A DNA stretch of 64,000 bases from positions 7,812,001-7,876,000 of the forward strand of contig NW_025963946.1 of assembly GCF_023055435.1 (NCBI RefSeq), given 5' to 3'. The stretch comes from Haliotis rufescens (Eukaryota). Below the pieces are notes generated by a model. The model made no database searches, was not told the origin of the DNA, and was given only the letters and a program-made list of their open reading frames with translations. Position numbers and translations under genes: made by a program. Positions 58,339-64,000 of the stretch are shown here, piece after piece. Every line of letters starts with the position of its first letter. Position 1 is the stretch's first letter.

Positions 58339-61199
58339 TGTAAGAGACTGCTCAACATAGAGGCATTTCGCACTTTTATCTTGAATTTCAAGATAATGTA
58401 ACACGGACACTCCTTTGGCACAAATACGAGGCCAAGAATAGTCCATATTTCATGTTTCCATTATCTATTGCAAAAGCAAAACTCTGACATTTGCTGAATG
58501 TATGTGCGAGATTATTCCATTTATTGTGACAATGAAGATGATGACCCAGCCAGCAGAAATAGATGCCGAATTATAAGTAGTATCATTATCGTAAGAATCA
58601 GCTATGTGGTAGCCCAGCTTTACAAGTCATGTCTTGCAACATCATATTTTTCATATGTTCTTATCAGAATCGGTCGTGTGGGTGGGTGCCACGCACAGAT
58701 ATCGTAGATGCGTAGACGTTGTCGGACTGTCCTTGTCGATATGTATCAATGGATTCTAAGGGCTGTGAGAATTGCTCTCCTGAGCTTGTCTTGTCGAGGG
58801 GTTGACATGGGTGGACGGCCACTACAGGGGCGGTCTCTGACGTGGTTTTCCTGTTGATAACGTCCCATATGGTGTACCTGTGGACGTTGAATTGAAGTGT
58901 GGCGTTGCGCTGCGTGGAACATGATGCACTCATTTCTATGTCATTTAAGCTTAGGTGTGAATGGAGAGGAATCTCACCCACACATTCAAAAGTAGTATAT
59001 TTATGCACTTTCAAAGCTGCTAATGCCTGGTGTCATCGCTGGTTTTCAGTGATCTATACAATTTTCGCAGCTAATATGTCTGTCATGCCCTATGGATTGA
59101 TTGTATTCTTTGATGTTGAGGTGGTGTTTTTGTTTTTGTTTTGTTTTGTTTTTTATATTAGAGAGGTACTGATTTTAGTTTGGTTATCTGACCTGATTCA
59201 GAGAACATTTAATACAATTGTCTACGGATATTCATTGTTTCCTACAAAAAAAAACATGAAATACCGCCAACATTTCTTTGGATGTGTTTCATCTAACTTA
59301 TTTAGAAACATTTTTCATGGTTCATGAGTGTAAAGAATCCACATCACAATATCTTTTGATTTTTGTATAATATATTTATCAGACGAAAACACGTACTCCG
59401 CATCCCTATTTATATACCTATGTATTATATATATACATATATAAATACATGGTGAAGATGGAATCCATATGAGACAAGTGAGTGACAAAGTTGGGGTACA
59501 AGCATTGTTAATGTTTTTAAACACTTAAATCCAAGCAGATACATTTCAAAGCAGTCGAAAGGAAACATAGCCCAAACTGCTGAAGAACTTAAATATTTGT
59601 GGTAGCGTGAACTCTTAAACATAAGTGAGAAATATCTTTTTTATCGCTCGGCACCATCTGTTGTGTCTCAGACTGTCCTAAATTTTCACTGAACCTAAAT
59701 TTATGATACTGGGTTAAGGCGTAAATACTCAACACGTAAATAAAAAGTGTCTGCAAGATTGAAGAATAGCAGAGATAATAGTCTCTCCTGGTGATAATAT
59801 ATCATCATAGAATACCCAATTATGACAACGCTAAAGGTAAAAGTTTGGGTGACGGAAGATGGCAACTTAGTTGGCTGATGAAAAGACATTTACAACCTTC
59901 AAATACATTTATGTTTACCATGTGAAAACAGGCCTTGGAGAAATACAAGCACCACCACACAGAATCAGATTGTTCCAGTCTCATCGGCACCGCCTTCGCA
60001 AGAAACCCTCCTCAGTGTGTACTTGATTTAGTAGAAGATGACTTCGGACATACATATGAAGAGGACATTGACTGTTTTCCTGCCAGAAAATAAAAATGAA
60101 ACACTCGAAAGAAAACTGAACAGAATTTAAAAAGAATCAAAACGTACCTGTCTGTCTTTTTGTACAAATTCCTGATAGGTGTTAGGAAGGTCGTCGGGTC
60201 GGAATATGAATGGCAATGCAACAGTGGATTTCGATTAAGTATTGACAGGGCGCTCAACTAGCCTGACTATGGCTGCACATAGTAGGATTCACATCAATTT
60301 GTCAAATTCTGTGAAATTAGTAAATCCAATACCAAGTCCCTGACTTTCTAGAAAAAGGAATCCTGATTGGACTTATCCAATAACTCCCAATGAAACCCAG
60401 AAACTAAGAGTTGTTAGCCAACTTGGTTTCAAGACATTCTGAAAACTTTATGGCGGAACAAGATTGTTTATTTTTAATACTCCAACCCATTGAATCACAA
60501 AGGCAAATGAATAGGGGTGATGTTACTGTTGAACACAACTTTCAAAAAGAGAATATCTGGAGTACGTCAGAAGACAGACAACATAACGTACAGCACGCCA
60601 TCACCAAAAGCATTGGCCTTGAAATGTTTCCTGTCAGTCTGTGCAAGGTCTAGAGGGATTTGTGGCCTCAACCCGTTTTAATCATGACGACACTTTCTAT
60701 CTTGCCATATATACCACAAGCTATCCTTAACTCTGCGATGCATGGTTCAAAGGACAGCCTGTAGGCAAAAAGAATTTTGGCTTCTGAAGAAAAACATGGT
60801 CGGTGAGGCAAACATCACCACAAGCCAGCGGCTGACGAACCAGAATGCCAGGAACCATATGATCCAGTCGTTGTCACACCAAATAACGCAATAATACGGA
60901 CTTAGAACTATCCATATCCTCAATTTGTATTCACAAATCACTGATCTGACATGCTACATAATCCTCAAGTCATCTGACATGTAGTTCATTTCCGCCACAT
61001 CCTCGCACACTCATGGTGTTTCTATGACAAGGGGGGCATCATCGACTTTGATAGTCAGTGTTTGTGAGTCTGTTCAGGGTGGAGCATTCCACGTTCATAT
61101 TAACAACGCCACTTCTGCTCCGCCAATCACTGCCACCCGATCCCACAAGTCGCCTCCTACAACAAACATGATAGTCATAATCAATTGATAAAATGATGG

Positions 61200-62330
61200 G
61201 TGCAGTTTCATAAAATGCTTTGGTGATGGGTAAAAGTAAAAACAGTGGGATAATGATACTCACATGATGGGATGTCTGATTTGATGAGTGCTGTTGGAGC
61301 TTCTAAATACAAGGCAACAGTTAGGGTACGCAGTTTACAAAACATCTTTTGCATAGCTGTTACTGAACGGCAGACATGACACAACACCAATCAATACATC
61401 ATGTTAAATGTTGAGTTATTTGACCATCCAAAATTATTTTTCAGGATTTGAAATACGGATTAACAATTTTTAACACTATTAGCAATTCGTGTCAGTCTAA
61501 GATGAACTGTACATGTATGATCATTTCCAACAATTATATCAAATTTATGATTAAAAAGATGCACCATAGGAATAATGACTTTAACTTAGCCAGGATACGT
61601 AGTATCAAGAAATACTGAAGTAATAGCATTGTGCTCAAAGAAGTGCTGAAAAACTGCTATGTTGATAGGATGGAGATATGTTAAATTATTTGGTGTTGCA
61701 TTGAGGTATCTATCTATGCATGCTGACAAAAAGAGAGTTTGAGTACTGAGAGAACGGGGGCGTGGTAGGACGGGAACAAAGGGAATAATCGAGACTGGGT
61801 CACAGAGATAGCTATGTCCCACTCCATCAGGTTATGACGACACGCGATGAACCAAGTCACCGTGCCTCACAACCGGATACCGTCTTGTTGCCCTTCACGA
61901 CAAGCGATAGTGTGTTGTGGACCGTTTGTAACCAACGAGCCCCTCGGTGGCTTGACAAGCAGTACATTACATGACTTCTCTATAGACAAATCTGATATTC
62001 CATTGAAGCATGTCTTGCCCATTTTGTGAAAAAGATTTACCAGGATGACTTGCTGACAAAAAGCTAAAACTGATTTGCACATGCTTCTAAACCTCGAAAT
62101 GGTTTATATGATGATATATTATCTGAAGGATCAATTAAGAACTAAAATAAGTGTGTATAATCGATGGAGCGCGATTACAGGACTGAAGGCGTTACAAGAG
62201 AAAACCGATGAGGATTTGAGTTTGGTGGTAAAAGTATCCCCTGGCTGATTGTTAGTCATCAAGACCAAGCACTGGCTACAATGCATGTGTACGAAATCGT
62301 AGCTATGTAACTTGTCATCCGTCATCTACT
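61200..62330 (-). mobile_element. Decayed env-like ORF, probably from a Gypsy-type retroelement
   Basis: Broken frames: LSAC...LTYLHPINIAVFQHFF...VFLDTTY and IIPMVHLFNHKFDIIVGND..VHLRLTRIANSVKN..VFQIL. These resemble molluscan LTR-element env-like proteins by recall. Confidence 0.45.
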
Positions 62331-63683
62331 AATAACAATTGGATAGGTAAATATTTTCGCAAAATCAAGAATTTGTCACTTGTTAGTCGAAATAACGTGT
62401 TAAAAACAGGCATTACGAAAGATATGAATGGCAGAAAGTTTATATTACATAAAATTCGTATCCCATGATGTTAATGTTACAGAATAATATGTCATACCAT
62501 AGCCTCCCTTTTATCCTAATGAACACATGTCTCGTGCATGAAAATTATCTAAGGGAACAGGCACATTGACATCATCATATATAAGGGTATAAACAGCGCA
62601 TGTCTGTGCCGACTTAGTATAATCAAATCTAAATATGGCATTTACATGCAACACCCGAGTTACGGCTGAACAAATGATCAAAAGATAATGACCTGATCTA
62701 AAGATAGTTGGGGCGACTATATAATAAAACATGATGACCAAATTGCCCATATACGAAACGGTGTATCCTGGCAAAAAGATGCACTTCTTCATCTCGTTTG
62801 TGCTGATCTACGCAGGTAAATATATTGGTCATGTTCTGCCCGCTTCCATACATGTTGCAATTTTTAGGCCTTAGGTTTGATTGATACATAAGCTAAACTG
62901 TGGCTCTTTACTGTATATTGCTAAAATGTATTTTTTCAAATTAGGGTGTGTGTCTTGGTTGTTTAACATCGAATACAGCAATATTCCAGCTATATGACGG
63001 TGGTCTATATGAATAATCCAGTTTGAATAAAAAAAATCAATTGATTATTATTGTAAGTTGACCGGCTATCAACCAAGTCAGCGACCCTCATCAATCAATC
63101 CTCCTTACGGTGCGGGGACCGCTTCGTGCCGAAATGTCCACTATGCGGATGTATAGCCAATATCAGGAATATCAATGCAACTTGTCATTTGGTTTATTTG
63201 TTTGATGTTCAACGCAAGACTCAGCAGTATTCTAGCTATATGACGACGGCCCGAGAAGTAATCGAGTCTGGACCAGACCACCCAGTGATTGCTATTGCGA
63301 GCAACAATCCATGCAATCGGGGTACTATTAGGTCTTATGATCGGTGTGCGTTGCAATTGCTGGGACCCCTTGTATTCTGGAATCACTGGCATACTGTGGC
63401 GTCATATCTTCTACGTCACAGTGCTTGACCATCCTTTTCCACAGAACTTCTAAAGGTTTCAATTGTCTGAATATTTATTATATTTATTTGAAGCTTATTT
63501 TTTTAATTCAACAGTGTTATGATAATAATATGGTTTGATTATTTCGAATTAAACATTGGCAGATTAAAATACTATCGACATTCCAGCTTGTGAAAGAGAT
63601 TAACTGATTTTCCAACTTTGTGACTTCTTCAGATACTCGAATGACAATAAAAGGCATTGGATCTACGTTTAGAGGCTCTGAAT

Positions 63684-63940
63684 ACCCGTGAATATCCGGG
63701 GTAGAATAGGTCTTCAGCAACCCATGCCTGCTGTAAAAGACGAAAATGCTTGTCGTAAGAGGCGACCAACGGGATCGGGTGGTCAGACTCACTGACTTGG
63801 TTGATGCATGTCACCGTGTCCCAATTGCGACGATCGATGTTCACGATGTCAATAATTGGATTGTCTGGCTCAGACTCAATTGTTTACAGACCGCCTTCAT
63901 ATAACTCGTCTTTTGCCTCGTGAGACAACAACAACAAACC
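63684..63940 (+). mobile_element. SINE family B (degenerate minus-strand copies at ~62955-63090 and ~63190-63325)
   Basis: acccgtgaatatccggggtagaataggtcttcagcaacccatgc...gtcgtaagaggcgac core and (CAA)n tail. Confidence 0.85.
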
Positions 63941-64000
63941 TAGATAACGTTAATCATTTCGCTCAAGAGAAAGTATCTGACAAGTTATCATCCATACAGA

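Noticed and set aside
60300-60720. Possible DIRS-type RT remnant on the minus strand (MGWSIK...FLGFI)
   Set aside because: Too degenerate to support without a profile search.

Overview
Eukaryotic, intron-rich, repeat-dense DNA, most likely from a gastropod mollusc (abalone-like; inferred from the SINE families and gene types, not from a search). The window holds a tandem segmental duplication of about 31-34 kb, each copy being [ankyrin-repeat gene - 43-bp satellite - FAMeT-like membrane or GPI protein gene]. A minus-strand coiled-coil + C1q gene follows. I rebuilt the second ankyrin gene by hand from GT-AG sites and intron phase: small, mostly phase-1 exons, then one 1.46-kb ankyrin exon. The leading candidate system is a DARPin-like variable ankyrin receptor: near-identical 201-bp double-ankyrin cassettes that vary mainly at binding-surface positions and differ in number between paralogs (7 vs 5). 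Its N-terminus carries a coiled coil, a possible amyloid-like motif and a dead TRADD-N-like exon. Other signals: a 377-bp conversion tract between the paralogous satellites, a satellite strand switch, two Penelope-type inverted repeats with hammerhead-like cores, a C1q gene that stops 5 nt before its splice donor, and an env-like remnant. The rest is SINEs, Tc1, Harbinger, CR1 and Penelope fragments, MITEs and microsatellites. No database search was run, so domain names come from motif recognition and identity values are visual estimates unless counted.
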